Part shown: positions 35,130 through 46,710 of the stretch, in pieces | Numbering within the stretch: the stretch's first letter is position 1 | Layout: each line of letters starts with the position of its first letter | UHGV virus genome: UHGV-1352853 | Length of the DNA stretch: 64,000 bases | From: a virus | Direction: 5' to 3' (one strand) | Position numbers and translations under genes: made by a program | The notes under the pieces: model-generated | What the model was told of the DNA's origin: nothing | Databases searched by the model: none | Seen by the model: the letters and a program-made list of their open reading frames with translations, nothing else

Positions 35130-37402
35130 ACTCTCATAACCCATTTAACACGGGCAGTAACGGTTGCTCCAATGACTTTTGCTCTGCTGACCCATTGGTA
35201 GATCGAATCATTGGGGATGCCTACCACGTAGTTAAGGAAGTTTATCTAGCACTGGATAACCTTACTTACATCTATAACTACCTACAGAAATATGGATTGA
35301 TTATTACTGTAGATAGTGAAGAAGCAATCAAGGATATTCCCTTATCCATTGGGAAGTTTGCCCGTGTCTACAATAAGTCTGAGTCAGTTGGTTACTACTT
35401 TACTGACTATCTTTATGTAGATGATGATACCAGTGGCATTAGACCAAATGAACCAGGTGCTACTGGTTCTTGGGTTAGTACCAAAGCTACTGGTTCCAAT
35501 GCCTCGTTTGTTCGCATTTGGAAATATCGGGCCGAGACTGATGGTGTTACGTCTATAAAGCTACCCACGGATGTTCCAATTGTTGGGGTGCAGACTATTT
35601 ACGTGGAGGGGGTAAGACAGGATATCAATGAAGGTTTTTCCTACAATGAGGGTACTGCTACAATCACACTGGCTGACTCCTTAGAAGTTGGTAATCTGGT
35701 TACAGTTATTATAGGTGTAAATGACCCAGATATGGATGTGGATGTTTTCGCTATACTTAAGAATAGTGATGGTGCATCTAATATCGGTACTCAGTCTGGG
35801 GAAACTGTACAACAAGTTATCGACAGAAATTATGCGAATTTACGTGAGCATTGGCGTCGTCAACTTGCAGAAGCTGGCCTTAACCTTGTCGATGGTAGTT
35901 TTGAATATGGGGCTGAAGTGAGTACCCCCACGGATGCTGTTTGGCATATTGCTGAGGGTCAGTGCTATACGTGGGGGGGTTCACTGCCTAAATCTGTACC
36001 TGTAAATTCTAATCCAGAGAACTCTGGTGGAATTTCAGAAGACGGATGGAATAGTGTGACCTCTCAGTCAACACTGACGGTACTGGCTAAGTCTACTGGT
36101 GCACAGAAATCTGGGTATCGTTATAGTGATGTTTACTCCGTACTCTCCCGGTTTATGGCATACCAGGATCATAATATAGCTCAACCGGCACTAGGCCGTG
36201 ATGAATCAACAAACCAAACCATTTGGGATGCACAATCACAACTTGACTTAAAGCATCGTGGGGGTATTTTCGCAGGCAAGGAAACATATGGTATCCGTGA
36301 AAATTCTACCGTAGCATCATTCAGGGCTAACACAGGTACTGGTAGTGCATTTGTCCCTCAAGTAGCTGGAAGCGACGACCTTGCTGTGCTTGCACAAGCA
36401 GGTGCTCTTGATAGCGTAGCTGTTTTCGCTGACACATGGTTAGGCGAATATAACTCATGGGAAGATATTGCTACAGCAAACTATACCGCAACTAGTTTTA
36501 CCGTTAGCGATGCTTCATTGCTTGAAAAGGTGAAAGTTGGTCAGTTTCTGATGACCAAACATTCGCCAAAATATGTTGGTCTGGTGACTGGTATTTCAGG
36601 TGCTACTGTAACTGTCCAGAAATGGGTTATTTATGGAACTTCAACAGTAGGAACGCCAGCTGATGGGGTCGGGTTGTATGTAAACCCTGTTACAAAAGGC
36701 TGGGCATTTAATGGAAATGTTCTGATTGGTCCAAATTCACGTGCAGAAAAATGTGCACTTATGGAACTGGGATTACAGAATAATGGACGAGCTGACTTGG
36801 CATTACTTACAGGTGCTGATGTTGTCCTGCTTGACGGCACTTACGGTGGTGGCGATGCTTACCGAGGACGTGGTACTAGTGAGATAGCAAGATGGGATAA
36901 TAACTTCCATGCCTATGCTGGTACTAAAACCAACTTTCGATCTTCTAATGGATCTGCTTCTTCAGTTTGTTCTATTGCTGCCTTTTATGAGGAAAGTGCA
37001 TCAGCAATAGGTTTCCTTTTTGCTGGTAAGAACACCAATCGTTCCATGTCATTTAATAATGCCAATGGTGTAGAACAGACGGCATTAGCTCCTCATGGAT
37101 TTGAGGTTAAAGGTGGGAAGGGACTGAGTACCGCAGTATCTGGAAGTGTAGTTACTGCTGGTGGTAAAGTTGTAATACAAAACTCATCAGCATTCGCTCT
37201 AGTGCTGCCGGACGCCAGTAATTTTACAGCTGGCCGAGAAATCCACTTTATCGTTACTGGTGTTAGCCCTATCACTATTACAAGTGCACAGTCTGGTGGC
37301 ACTGTTAATGGTAATACCAGCATAATTATCACACCTACTTATGGCTACTCAGAGATGACTGCCACGTATGCAGGTGGTGGATTATGGTATGTGACAAGGT
37401 GA
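35126..37402 (+). CDS. tail fibre / receptor-binding protein 1 (~758 aa)
   Basis: G/S/T/N-rich beta-strand-rich C-terminal two-thirds typical of fibres. Sits in the variable slot between terminase and portal. Confidence 0.5.
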   Translation: MNSHNPFNTGSNGCSNDFCSADPLVDRIIGDAYHVVKEVYLALDNLTYIYNYLQKYGLIITVDSEEAIKDIPLSIGKFARVYNKSESVGYYFTDYLYVDDDTSGIRPNEPGATGSWVSTKATGSNASFVRIWKYRAETDGVTSIKLPTDVPIVGVQTIYVEGVRQDINEGFSYNEGTATITLADSLEVGNLVTVIIGVNDPDMDVDVFAILKNSDGASNIGTQSGETVQQVIDRNYANLREHWRRQLAEAGLNLVDGSFEYGAEVSTPTDAVWHIAEGQCYTWGGSLPKSVPVNSNPENSGGISEDGWNSVTSQSTLTVLAKSTGAQKSGYRYSDVYSVLSRFMAYQDHNIAQPALGRDESTNQTIWDAQSQLDLKHRGGIFAGKETYGIRENSTVASFRANTGTGSAFVPQVAGSDDLAVLAQAGALDSVAVFADTWLGEYNSWEDIATANYTATSFTVSDASLLEKVKVGQFLMTKHSPKYVGLVTGISGATVTVQKWVIYGTSTVGTPADGVGLYVNPVTKGWAFNGNVLIGPNSRAEKCALMELGLQNNGRADLALLTGADVVLLDGTYGGGDAYRGRGTSEIARWDNNFHAYAGTKTNFRSSNGSASSVCSIAAFYEESASAIGFLFAGKNTNRSMSFNNANGVEQTALAPHGFEVKGGKGLSTAVSGSVVTAGGKVVIQNSSAFALVLPDASNFTAGREIHFIVTGVSPITITSAQSGGTVNGNTSIIITPTYGYSEMTATYAGGGLWYVTR

Positions 37403-37435
37403 TACAAGCCCATAACTAATTGAATAGTTATGAGC

Positions 37436-37462
37436 AAAACCCCGCTTCGGCGGGGTATTTTA
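37436..37462 (+). terminator. rho-independent terminator (plus strand)
   Basis: Stem ccccgc/gcgggg, loop ttcg, followed by TATTTT. Lies inside the ORF-track N-terminus of the next gene, which argues for the downstream start at 37487. Confidence 0.65.
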
Positions 37463-37486
37463 AAACTACAACATGAGGATTATCCC

Positions 37487-38992
37487 ATGAATAAGATGTT
37501 TACCCAGCCTACTGGCCCAGTGACTAAACAGACCAACAAGCAAGCCATAGCTCGGTACTGTGGCATTAAGCAGTCAGAGGTGGGTTACCTTGGTAAAACA
37601 ACCCCAGTTGGCTTATATAAAGTATTGTATGATGCAGATACCCAAACTATATGGTTTAAGGGGGAAGCTTCTGGTACCCCTATTAGTTGGGTTGTATCAA
37701 ATAACTCACTGGCTTTAGTTACTTCAGATGGGGAATTTAATCTAAAGTCAGCAGATCTTCGCCAAAACCTTGGCTCGGATAAAGGAACCTCTTTGGTAGC
37801 AAAACTAGGCGATAAACCTCTTGTCGCTGTTAGTTACTACAAAAATCAAGGGCTGTCTGACCAGGATGCTGTACAGACTGCATTTAATGAATCAAGTAAT
37901 GTCCTTATAGATATTGATGTTACTTTAACTGATTACATAACATTAGACCGTTCTCAGGAATGTTATGTAACTCGCTCCCCTGGCGTTGTTATTACAGGGC
38001 ATGGTTACTTACCAAAGTTAAGAACCAACCCTGCTCATGTAGTAGAAACAGCAATACGTCATAATAAAACATCAGACCCAAATGCAACATCATATGACCG
38101 CGTTTACTCGCATCAAGCGTTTGCTGCGGAAATGGCTGTTACTGATGTTTTGTCTACCGCGTCATCTTCTGAAAACTTTGTCGCATTGTACTCAGGCATT
38201 GAGACATTTAATTGTGGTAAGCAGAGAATATGGGCTTTTAACTCTGTAACTAATGCGCATAACCTTTTAACTGGTGATGAAGTTTACGGTTATGAGTTGG
38301 ATATGAATGTTGATGGAACCCTTGATGGGGGTGGTCAATATGTAGGTTTGTACATCGCTGGTATTGGTGACCTCAGAACCTGTGCTAACGCTGATGGTAT
38401 CCGTGTTCAGAGACTGCGAAATGGTGTTGATAAATGGCAATATGGGTTAAGAATTTTTGACTCTATGACTGGCATCAGCATCACGGACGCCTCAACATAT
38501 TCTATTTTTGCAGGTGGTTCTGCTCCCATTGTCAGACGTAAGACAACTCAAGATGGTGGTTGGTCTTATATTCATTCCTTATCAACATCGTCGATAAAAT
38601 GGGGTGTTGATGATTATGGTGACACATATTCCAGACGGCTGTACTTAGGTACTGGAGACGGTAAGTCTAAAAACAGGGTAAACCTGGATGGCGGGGTTAA
38701 GTATTATACAACTAACGCCGCAGTTGCATGGGGTGCTATTGCTGCAAATGCTTATGTAGATAAAGACATCACATCTCTCGTTGGCGTTTCCATCGCGGAT
38801 TGGACAAACTACACAATAGATGTCTCCCCTATTGGGTATGGTGGTGCTATGCCGATTGTAGCGGTTCAGGCTTATATCAACAGCACTAAAACCCAGGCAT
38901 ATGTGAGGGTTATTAACATCAGTGGAGCCGGGTTATCTTCATGCAACATTGGTTTAAACATTAAAGTTAGTGGACATTCGGCCACAAATTAA
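37487..38992 (+). CDS. tail fibre / tailspike protein 2 (~502 aa)
   Basis: Start at MNKMFTQP with GAGGA 8 nt upstream. Beta-rich, Gly-rich C-terminus. Confidence 0.5.
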   Translation: MNKMFTQPTGPVTKQTNKQAIARYCGIKQSEVGYLGKTTPVGLYKVLYDADTQTIWFKGEASGTPISWVVSNNSLALVTSDGEFNLKSADLRQNLGSDKGTSLVAKLGDKPLVAVSYYKNQGLSDQDAVQTAFNESSNVLIDIDVTLTDYITLDRSQECYVTRSPGVVITGHGYLPKLRTNPAHVVETAIRHNKTSDPNATSYDRVYSHQAFAAEMAVTDVLSTASSSENFVALYSGIETFNCGKQRIWAFNSVTNAHNLLTGDEVYGYELDMNVDGTLDGGGQYVGLYIAGIGDLRTCANADGIRVQRLRNGVDKWQYGLRIFDSMTGISITDASTYSIFAGGSAPIVRRKTTQDGGWSYIHSLSTSSIKWGVDDYGDTYSRRLYLGTGDGKSKNRVNLDGGVKYYTTNAAVAWGAIAANAYVDKDITSLVGVSIADWTNYTIDVSPIGYGGAMPIVAVQAYINSTKTQAYVRVINISGAGLSSCNIGLNIKVSGHSATN

Positions 38993-39071
38993 GTGAGGAG
39001 TATATGTCAGGTGAATGACGTAACTAACGTAGACAATTGGTAAAGCCACTGCTGTAAAAGTGCTACGTTAG

Positions 39072-39099
39072 TCTTTAAGCTAAAGCCCTCTAGGGGGCT
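39072..39099 (+). terminator. rho-independent terminator (plus strand)
   Basis: Stem aagccc/gggctt, loop tctagg, followed by TTCTTCCTT. Confidence 0.6.
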
Positions 39100-39200
39100 T
39101 TTCTTCCTTCCTAATCCAAACTTAAATAAGTATTATCTGTTGGTCAGACTCTTCTGATACGTCCCGTATGGGTGTCACTACAAACAATAAGGACTTTCTC

Positions 39201-39533
39201 ATGAGCGATGAATCGACTTCGGTTCTTCTTGCCCGATTGGAGGAAAGACTGGAAACATTATTTAAGAACCAAGAAAAGGAGGAGCGTTCCAAAGATAAAC
39301 TGGAACAAACTCTATCTGGTTTAAGGGAGTCTGTTCAGCAAATGGAAGGTAGACTTAAAAACGTAGAGGATAGCCTTGCTAAGTCTGAACCCACTATCGA
39401 AGAGTTTATTACCATAAAGCATAAAGTTGCTGGTGCTGGAATTTTTGGTAAGTGGGTATGGGCTATAGCAGGTGCAATCATTGGTGTATTGGCTGCTGCA
39501 AGACGGGAGATATTCGCATGGTTCGCAGGTTAA
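39201..39533 (+). CDS. coiled-coil protein with C-terminal transmembrane anchor (lysis-associated?)
   Basis: MSDESTSVLLARLEERLETL... coiled-coil, then WVWAIAGAIIGVLAAA TM segment. Start chosen at the second Met, which has an AAGGAC SD. Confidence 0.4.
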   Translation: MSDESTSVLLARLEERLETLFKNQEKEERSKDKLEQTLSGLRESVQQMEGRLKNVEDSLAKSEPTIEEFITIKHKVAGAGIFGKWVWAIAGAIIGVLAAARREIFAWFAG

Positions 39534-39778
39534 AAAGAAAGATAGAGCTAGTACCTAATTGGAAGAAGTCCTGGAAATGGGCATCTGTTCAGATTAGTAC
39601 GTTTGGTTTAATTCTGTTTTCTGCTGTAGATATCATCCAACCAATGGTGACGGGACTACCTCGTCACATCCTAGAAGACATTCCTCATGGTTCAAGTATT
39701 ACAATCGCACTGTTTGCCTTAAACATCATAGGCAGACTAATACGATTTAAACCAAAGGTAGATTCTCATGAAAGCTAA
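39518..39778 (+). CDS. holin (class II-like, two TM helices)
   Basis: MVRRLKRK... followed by ISTFGLILFSAVDII and ITIALFALNIIGRLI. Immediately precedes the endolysin. Confidence 0.5.
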   Translation: MVRRLKRKIELVPNWKKSWKWASVQISTFGLILFSAVDIIQPMVTGLPRHILEDIPHGSSITIALFALNIIGRLIRFKPKVDSHES

Positions 39779-40403
39779 ACAGAAACTTGCTGCAAAAGGT
39801 GGTGCTGTGGGAGGAGTTGTCGCTGCTATCCTGGGGGCAGTGTTTTATATGGAGGGGGGATATGTAGATAATCCCCGTGACCCAGGTGGAGAAACTAATC
39901 ATGGTATTACTCATGCAGTGGCTAAGACTCACAAAGAAGTTTTGGCTACTGAGTATGGTTGGGATGGTTCCATGAAAGGTTTATCTAAAGAGATGGCTGC
40001 TGAGATATACATTGATGACTACGTACTTAAGCCTAACTTCGTAGCCTTCGCTGATATATCTCCTGCTGTAACACACAAACTGGTTGATGCTGGTGTTAAC
40101 ACAGGTGTAACCAGACCAGCTAAGTGGTTGCAGCAATCCCTCAATGAAATGTCCCGTAATGGCAAAGACTACCCTAAAATACAGGTTGATGGTAAAGTCG
40201 GTGCAAGTACTGTTAATGCATATAAAGCATTACAGAAAAAGCGAGGCAAAGTTGCAGCATGTCAGGTAATGATTAAGTTACTTGATGCTAAACAACTGAA
40301 CCATTACACCTCATTAAACATGCCGGATTTTACGTATGGTTGGGTAGCTAACCGAATTGGTAATGTACCGCTGGAGGCATGTAATGAAGATGCTAATCTC
40401 TAA
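39768..40403 (+). CDS. endolysin: GH108 N-acetylmuramidase with C-terminal peptidoglycan-binding domain
   Basis: EGGYVDNPRDPGGETNHGIT is the GH108 signature. C-terminal PG_binding_3-like region. Confidence 0.8.
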   Translation: MKAKQKLAAKGGAVGGVVAAILGAVFYMEGGYVDNPRDPGGETNHGITHAVAKTHKEVLATEYGWDGSMKGLSKEMAAEIYIDDYVLKPNFVAFADISPAVTHKLVDAGVNTGVTRPAKWLQQSLNEMSRNGKDYPKIQVDGKVGASTVNAYKALQKKRGKVAACQVMIKLLDAKQLNHYTSLNMPDFTYGWVANRIGNVPLEACNEDANL

Positions 40404-40890
40404 AGGTTGGCCTTATCTTCTGGTGGTGGTCCTTGGGGCCACCATGTACTTTTGGGGCAATTCCAACGGACAGTCTACTGTTCAAAAGAGGTGGGATGAC
40501 CAAAAGGCTGAAGACCTAAAGACAACGCAAAAATTGCAGGATAAATACAATGCTCTCCAAAGAAACCATAGTTATGAAGTCGGGATACTCACTTCCCGGT
40601 TGCAGACGGCTGAGAGTAATTACGCAAGCGAGCTTGCTCGCGTTAGCAGTGATTATGACAGCCGGATGCAACAGTCTGAAAGACGAGCATCGGTATATAA
40701 ACGTCAAGCCGAAGCCGGAACCCTTGAGTGCAGAAGTCTTGCAAGCCATGCAGCCAGACTCGACAACAGTCTTGAAGAAGGCAGACGTTTGGTTGAAGAA
40801 CTCCGGGCAACTGTTAGACTCCGTGACAACCAACTAATTGAGTTGGGTAAACAAATTCAGGCTGACCGTAAACTTTTTGAACAGGAATAA
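40384..40890 (+). CDS. i-spanin (Rz-like)
   Basis: N-terminal TM ([16 protein letters not shown]), long coiled-coil periplasmic region. GGAGG SD 6 nt upstream of ATG 40384. Confidence 0.65.
   Translation: MKMLISKGWPYLLVVVLGATMYFWGNSNGQSTVQKRWDDQKAEDLKTTQKLQDKYNALQRNHSYEVGILTSRLQTAESNYASELARVSSDYDSRMQQSERRASVYKRQAEAGTLECRSLASHAARLDNSLEEGRRLVEELRATVRLRDNQLIELGKQIQADRKLFEQE
40550..40837 (+). CDS. o-spanin (Rz1-like lipoprotein) embedded in the +1 frame of the i-spanin gene
   Basis: Signal and lipobox [12 protein letters not shown], Pro-rich mature part (KPKPEPLS). Wholly nested inside the Rz gene. Confidence 0.6.
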   Translation: MLSKETIVMKSGYSLPGCRRLRVITQASLLALAVIMTAGCNSLKDEHRYINVKPKPEPLSAEVLQAMQPDSTTVLKKADVWLKNSGQLLDSVTTN

Positions 40891-40892
40891 CT

Positions 40893-43163
40893 ATGGAACA
40901 CCAAGACACTTTTAAGCCTTTACCAGACCCGGCTCAATCAGAGAAGTTAACGGACTGGAAGAAGGAACCAAGTATCCAATTACTGAAAGGTGATCTGGAA
41001 TCTGCTAAACCTGCTCACGATGCAATCATGGCACAGATTCGTGAGTGGAATGATCTTATGGAAGTTAAAGGTAAAGCTAAACCTCCAAAGGTTAAAGGAC
41101 GTTCACAAGTCCAACCTAGACTGGTTCGCCGTCAGGCAGAATGGCGATATGCTCCATTGTCCGAACCATTCCTCTCTTCTAATAAACTCTTTAAGGTAAC
41201 TCCGGTTACTTTTGAAGATGAATTAGCTGCACGTCAAAATGAACTGGTTCTTAACTACCAATTCCGTACCCAGCTTAATAGAGTAAAGCTGGTAGATGAT
41301 TACGTGCACAGTGTTGTGGATGATGGTACTGGTATTGCTCGTATTGGCTGGGAACGTAAGACTGTTAAGATTAAAACAGAAACTCCAGTATTCCAGTTGT
41401 ATCCAATTGAGAACCAGGAACAAGCAGATGTTCTTCAACAGGCTCTACAGCTTCAGGCAGAAAATCCCCGTGAGTATGACGAGACAATGCCAGAGGATAT
41501 TAAGGAAGCTGTTAACTACTTTAATGAAACTGGTGAAGCTACTTATGCAATCCAGACTGGGGTTACTGAAGTAGAAGTAGAGAAAGCACTGGTTAACAGA
41601 CCTACCGTTGAAATGCTTAATCCTAATAACGTAGTTATTGACCCAAGCTGTAATGGTGATTTGGATAAGGCTCTGTATGCAGTTATCTCCTTTGAGACAT
41701 GCAAAGCAGACCTTATGAAAAACAAAGACCGTTATCACAACCTAGATAAAATTGACTGGGAAAGTTCTAGTCCTATTACTGACCCAGACCATGAAAGTAA
41801 AACCCCTAGCGACTTCCAGTTTAAGGATGCACTACGTAAGAAAGTAGTTGCTTATGAGTACTGGGGATTCTATGACATTAATGATGACGGTTCACTGGAA
41901 CCAATTGTTGCTACCTGGATTAGTTCTACTCTTATTCGTATGGAGAAAAACCCATTCCCTGATGGTAAGTTACCTTTGGTAGTTGTTCCCTACATGCCCC
42001 GTAAACGTGAACTCTTCGGTGAAGCTGATGCTGAATTGTTAGGAGATAACCAAGCAATTCTCGGTGCAACTATTCGTGGAATGATTGACCTGCTGGGTCG
42101 TAGTGCAAATGGTCAACGTGGTTATCCCAAGGGAATGTTGGATACCTTGAACCGTCGTCGATATGACGATGGACAAGACTATGAATATAACCCAATGCAG
42201 GGTAATCCTAGTCAGGCCATTATGGAACATAAGTTCCCTGAGTTACCCCAGTCGGCAATAGTAATGACTCAGATGCAGAACCAGGAAGCTGAATCACTAA
42301 CTGGTGTTAAAGCATTCTCTGGCGGTGTAACTGGTTCAGCTTACGGTGATGTGGCTGCTGGTATTCGAGGTGCACTTGATGCAGCATCCAAACGGGAAAT
42401 GGCAATCCTACGTCGATTAGCTAAGGGTATGGCAGACATTGGTACTAAGATTTGTGCAATGAATGCTGTGTTCTTATCTGAGAAAGAAGTAGTACGTATT
42501 ACTAATGAGCAGTATGTAGAAATTAACCGGGAAGACCTTAAAGGTAATTTCGATATTGAGGTTGATATTAATACTGCTGAAATTGATAACCAGAAATCCC
42601 AGGATTTGAGCTTCATGGTTCAAACATTAGGTAATACGGTGGACCAAACCATTACATTATCTCTTGTAGCAAAGATTGCAGAGCTTAAACGTATGCCAGA
42701 CCTTGCTCATGAGTTACGTAATTGGAAACCACAACCAGATCCTATGGAAGAACAGCTTAAGCAGTTAGCAATTCAGAAAGCACAACTAGAGAATGAAGAG
42801 TTGAAAAGTAAGATTGCACTTAATAATGCTAAGGCTAAAGAAGCTGCTTCCAGTGGTGACCTTAAAGATTTGGATTATCTGGAACAGGAATCTGGTACTA
42901 AACATGCCCGAGATATGGAAAAACAAAAAGCACAATCTCAAGGAAACCAAAACCTTCAGATAACTAAGGCATTGACAACACCCGTTAAAGAAGGGGAAAC
43001 TACCCCCAACATATCTGCTGCTGTTGGATATAATACTTTGACTAACGGGAACTCTATACCAGAACGTGATTTAGCTGCTCAACAAGACCCGGCTTACTCA
43101 CTTAGTTCCCAATACTATGACCCTAGCCAAGACCCAGCATCGGCTCTTGGTATGAACCTATAA
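40893..43163 (+). CDS. portal protein (756 aa)
   Basis: Size and position (after the lysis cassette, before scaffold and MCP) as in N4-like gp59. Confidence 0.75.
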   Translation: MEHQDTFKPLPDPAQSEKLTDWKKEPSIQLLKGDLESAKPAHDAIMAQIREWNDLMEVKGKAKPPKVKGRSQVQPRLVRRQAEWRYAPLSEPFLSSNKLFKVTPVTFEDELAARQNELVLNYQFRTQLNRVKLVDDYVHSVVDDGTGIARIGWERKTVKIKTETPVFQLYPIENQEQADVLQQALQLQAENPREYDETMPEDIKEAVNYFNETGEATYAIQTGVTEVEVEKALVNRPTVEMLNPNNVVIDPSCNGDLDKALYAVISFETCKADLMKNKDRYHNLDKIDWESSSPITDPDHESKTPSDFQFKDALRKKVVAYEYWGFYDINDDGSLEPIVATWISSTLIRMEKNPFPDGKLPLVVVPYMPRKRELFGEADAELLGDNQAILGATIRGMIDLLGRSANGQRGYPKGMLDTLNRRRYDDGQDYEYNPMQGNPSQAIMEHKFPELPQSAIVMTQMQNQEAESLTGVKAFSGGVTGSAYGDVAAGIRGALDAASKREMAILRRLAKGMADIGTKICAMNAVFLSEKEVVRITNEQYVEINREDLKGNFDIEVDINTAEIDNQKSQDLSFMVQTLGNTVDQTITLSLVAKIAELKRMPDLAHELRNWKPQPDPMEEQLKQLAIQKAQLENEELKSKIALNNAKAKEAASSGDLKDLDYLEQESGTKHARDMEKQKAQSQGNQNLQITKALTTPVKEGETTPNISAAVGYNTLTNGNSIPERDLAAQQDPAYSLSSQYYDPSQDPASALGMNL

Positions 43164-43176
43164 GGCAGACCTTCAC

Positions 43177-43521
43177 ATGAGTAAAGAATCAACAATCGCT
43201 GGACTGGAACATCGACTAGAAGCTGCTAAAGGTGCAGTTGCACATGCAGAAGATGTACGTAAACTTCTGGAGAATCCACTGTTCCGTAAAGTAATTCTTC
43301 GCCAGTTCTGCGTGGAAGATTGTGCACGTTACGTGCAAGAGTCTGGTGACCCACTGCTTGAACCTAATAACCGTGCAGATGCATTGAACATGGCTCAAGC
43401 TGCTGGTCACTTACGTCGTTGGCTCGACCTCGCCATTCGTATGGGCGAAAACGAAGCTGACGTTATTCTACAGGTAGAAGAAGAACTCGATGCAGTTCGT
43501 GCTGAACCTGAAGACGAATAA
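43177..43521 (+). CDS. hypothetical virion/assembly protein (114 aa)
   Basis: ORF between portal and scaffold. Confidence 0.45.
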   Translation: MSKESTIAGLEHRLEAAKGAVAHAEDVRKLLENPLFRKVILRQFCVEDCARYVQESGDPLLEPNNRADALNMAQAAGHLRRWLDLAIRMGENEADVILQVEEELDAVRAEPEDE

Positions 43522-43540
43522 TTAACCGGAGATATTTCCT

Positions 43541-44761
43541 ATGACTACGGAAGCTGCAACCACAGCTTCCGACATTCTCGCAATGTCGGATGATGAGATT
43601 CTGAATATGGAAGCCCCAGCAGTTATCGCTGAGGAAGACACTTCCACTCAGAACAACCCTGAAACCAACGGCGTACAGACTCCTGATGAAGAAGTTGACC
43701 CACCTGCTGTTGAAGACCAACCAACCGAAGAAACCTCCCCAGAAGCCGAACCAGGCGAAGAAGATTCAGCAAATACTTTAACTTCTGATAAAGTTGATGA
43801 TAAAGTTATTGACACAGAAGTTGATAGTAACGGCGAGCCGATTACTAAAGCTGAACCTTCTACTACTGAACCAGGCCAGGAACAGAAAGAAGAAGGCAAA
43901 CAGTCTGAAGGTCTGCCTGCTGACTTCAACTATAAGGAAGGTTATGAGAAGTTGATGGCTCCTTTTAAAGCTAACGGCAAAATGATTACTCCCCGTTCAC
44001 CGGAGGAGGCCATTAGCCTGATGCAGATGGGTGCTAACTATACTCGTAAGATGCAAGAACTTCAGCCATACCGTAAGGTAATGCTGATGTTACAGAACAA
44101 CGGCTTAATGGATGAGGACAAACTTTCTTTCCTGATTGATCTGGATAAAAAGAATCCGGAAGCCATTAAGAAGTTGCTCAAAGACTCTGGTACAGACCCT
44201 CTGGACTTTAACCCAGATGAGGAAATTAACTACCAGGGTGGCAATCACCGTGTTACCGACACCGAAGCAGATTTTGCAACCGAAATTGACGACTTAAAGT
44301 CTACTCAAGAAGGACAAGCTACATTAGGTGTTATTAGCTCAACATGGGATGCTGTCAGTAAAGATGCTCTTTACCAGAACCGTGGCCTACTTCAGACTAT
44401 TCACGAACAGCGTGAGAATGGTATTTATGACACCATTGCAAACGAAGTGAATCGTCTCCAGATGTTAGGTCAGATTCCGGTTGGTACTCCGTTTATTCAG
44501 GCTTACAACCACGTCGGTAACCTTCTTGCACAGCAAGGAGCATTTAACCGAGTGGCTAAGCCTGAACCGGTACAAACAGTTAAACCAGTGGTTCAGCCGG
44601 TAGTGCGTGTAGCACAGCCTAAGCAGACTCTGGCTAACAGTGAGCAAGCTAAGGCAGCTTCCCTTAATCGAGCTGCTACACGTAAAGCAACACCTATTGT
44701 AAACCCACTCGCTATGAGTGATGAAGATTTCGCTAAACTCCCAGTACCGGGTAGTCTTTAA
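43541..44761 (+). CDS. scaffolding protein (putative)
   Basis: Highly acidic, Pro/Glu-rich N-terminal third and helical remainder. Immediately upstream of the MCP. Confidence 0.5.
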   Translation: MTTEAATTASDILAMSDDEILNMEAPAVIAEEDTSTQNNPETNGVQTPDEEVDPPAVEDQPTEETSPEAEPGEEDSANTLTSDKVDDKVIDTEVDSNGEPITKAEPSTTEPGQEQKEEGKQSEGLPADFNYKEGYEKLMAPFKANGKMITPRSPEEAISLMQMGANYTRKMQELQPYRKVMLMLQNNGLMDEDKLSFLIDLDKKNPEAIKKLLKDSGTDPLDFNPDEEINYQGGNHRVTDTEADFATEIDDLKSTQEGQATLGVISSTWDAVSKDALYQNRGLLQTIHEQRENGIYDTIANEVNRLQMLGQIPVGTPFIQAYNHVGNLLAQQGAFNRVAKPEPVQTVKPVVQPVVRVAQPKQTLANSEQAKAASLNRAATRKATPIVNPLAMSDEDFAKLPVPGSL

Positions 44762-44777
44762 ACAGGAATAAGATGAT

Positions 44778-45980
44778 ATGTTAAACTATAACGCTCCAGT
44801 TGACGGTCAGAAATCTAGCATTGATGGTGCTGGTTCCGACCAGATGAATACCTTTTATTGGCTGAAGAAAGCTATTATTCAGTCCCGTAAAGACCAGTAC
44901 TTCATGCCACTGGCTAACACTATTAACATGCCTAAGAACTACGGTAAGACTGTTAAGGTGTATGAGTACGTTCCACTGCTTGATGATAAGAACATTAACG
45001 ACCAGGGTATCGATGCTAATGGTGCTACCATCGTTAATGGTAACCTGTATGGTTCTTCTAAAGACGTCGGTAACATCACTTCTAAACTGCCTCTGCTGAC
45101 AGAGAATGGTGGTCGTGTTAACCGTGTAGGTTTTACTCGTCTGTCTCGTGAAGGTTCCATCCATAAGTTCGGTTTCTTCTACGAATTTACACAAGAGTCT
45201 CTGGACTTTGATTCTGATGACCAACTGAAAGAACATCTGTCACGCGAACTGATGAATGGTGCTGTGCAGTTGACTGAAGCCGTTCTCCAGAAAGACCTGC
45301 TGGCTGCTGCTGGTACTGTACTGTATGCAGGTGCTGCTACCTCCGATGCCACCATCACTGGTGAAACTTCTACCCCGTCTGTAGTTTCTTATAAGAACCT
45401 GATGCGTCTTGACCAGATTCTCACTGAGAACCGTACCCCGACTCAGACTACTATCATCACTGGTTCTAAACTGACTGATACTAAAGTACTTGGTGGTACT
45501 CGTGTAATGTATGTTGGTTCTGAATTGGTTCCAGAATTGAAAGCGATGAAAGACCTGTTCGGTAACAAAGCATTCATTGAAATTCAGCACTATGCTGATG
45601 CTGGTACTCTGATGAATGGTGAAGTTGGTTGTATCGATAAGTTCCGTATTATCCAGGTTCCAGAGATGCTGCATTGGGCAGGTGCAGGTGCTCAAGCTAC
45701 TTCTAACCCGGGCTACCGTTCCTCTATGGTTAATGGTCAGGAACACTACGACGTATTCCCGATGCTGGTAGTTGGTGATGATTCCTTCTCTACCATTGGC
45801 TTCCAGACTGACGGTAAGTCCGTTAAGTTCTCTATTATGACTAAGATGCCTGGTCGAGAAACTGCTGACCGTAATGACCCGTATGGTGAAACTGGCTTCA
45901 GTTCTATCAAGTGGTACTACGGTATCCTGGTTAAACGCCCAGAACGTCTGGCTATGATTAAGACTGTTGCTCCTCTGTAA
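44778..45980 (+). CDS. major capsid protein (400 aa)
   Basis: Size as N4-like gp56 (~400 aa). Followed by a strong hairpin. Position is canonical. Confidence 0.75.
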   Translation: MLNYNAPVDGQKSSIDGAGSDQMNTFYWLKKAIIQSRKDQYFMPLANTINMPKNYGKTVKVYEYVPLLDDKNINDQGIDANGATIVNGNLYGSSKDVGNITSKLPLLTENGGRVNRVGFTRLSREGSIHKFGFFYEFTQESLDFDSDDQLKEHLSRELMNGAVQLTEAVLQKDLLAAAGTVLYAGAATSDATITGETSTPSVVSYKNLMRLDQILTENRTPTQTTIITGSKLTDTKVLGGTRVMYVGSELVPELKAMKDLFGNKAFIEIQHYADAGTLMNGEVGCIDKFRIIQVPEMLHWAGAGAQATSNPGYRSSMVNGQEHYDVFPMLVVGDDSFSTIGFQTDGKSVKFSIMTKMPGRETADRNDPYGETGFSSIKWYYGILVKRPERLAMIKTVAPL

Positions 45981-45996
45981 TAGTCCGAAATAAAAC

Positions 45997-46020
45997 AAGG
46001 GGGACATTAGTCCCCCTCTT
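45997..46020 (+). terminator. hairpin (agggggac/gtccccct, loop atta) after the MCP gene; terminator/attenuator
   Basis: Seen in sequence; the U-tract is weak. Confidence 0.45.
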
Positions 46021-46053
46021 AACAAAATTAGTTGAACCACAGGAAATATTAAC

Positions 46054-46689
46054 ATGAGCATTAACGATAAACCGACCGCTGGCGTAGATGTAAACGTGCA
46101 GGGCAACGAAGATACCGTTAACGATATTGCAATGCCTAGTGAACTTGAAGTTCTTAAGCAACGTGCAACATTGATGAATATTAAGTTCTCTAACAACATC
46201 TCCGTTGAGAAACTCCGTGAGAAGATTGAAGCTGCACAAGTAAAAGATGAACCAGTAGTAGAAGAAGCTGCTGTTAACCCATTGGGTGAAAAACAAGAAG
46301 CAGGTGTTAAGAAGATGACTCTGGGTCAGAAGATTCGTGCAGAACAGACTCGACTGATTCGTGTACGCATCCAGAACCTTGACCCTAAGAAGAAAGACCT
46401 GCCGGGTGAGATTATCACCGTAGCTAACGAATATATGGGTACTGTACGTAAGTTTGTACCGTTCGGTGAAGTCACTGACAACGGTTATCATATTCCGTAC
46501 TGTATCTATGAGTTCCTTAAAGAGCGTAAGTTCATCAACATTACGACTCGCAAAGGTAAGAATGGCTTACCGGATATCCGTGCAACAGAAGCACGAGAGT
46601 TCTCCATTGAAGTACTGCCACCGCTGACTGAAGCAGAACTGGCTCAACTGGCTCAAGCACAGATTGCTGCTGGTAGCCTGAACGATTAA
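46054..46689 (+). CDS. virion structural protein (211 aa)
   Basis: Position in the structural module. Confidence 0.45.
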   Translation: MSINDKPTAGVDVNVQGNEDTVNDIAMPSELEVLKQRATLMNIKFSNNISVEKLREKIEAAQVKDEPVVEEAAVNPLGEKQEAGVKKMTLGQKIRAEQTRLIRVRIQNLDPKKKDLPGEIITVANEYMGTVRKFVPFGEVTDNGYHIPYCIYEFLKERKFINITTRKGKNGLPDIRATEAREFSIEVLPPLTEAELAQLAQAQIAAGSLND

Positions 46690-46710
46690 CGTATAAGCTA
46701 CAGTTCAACA

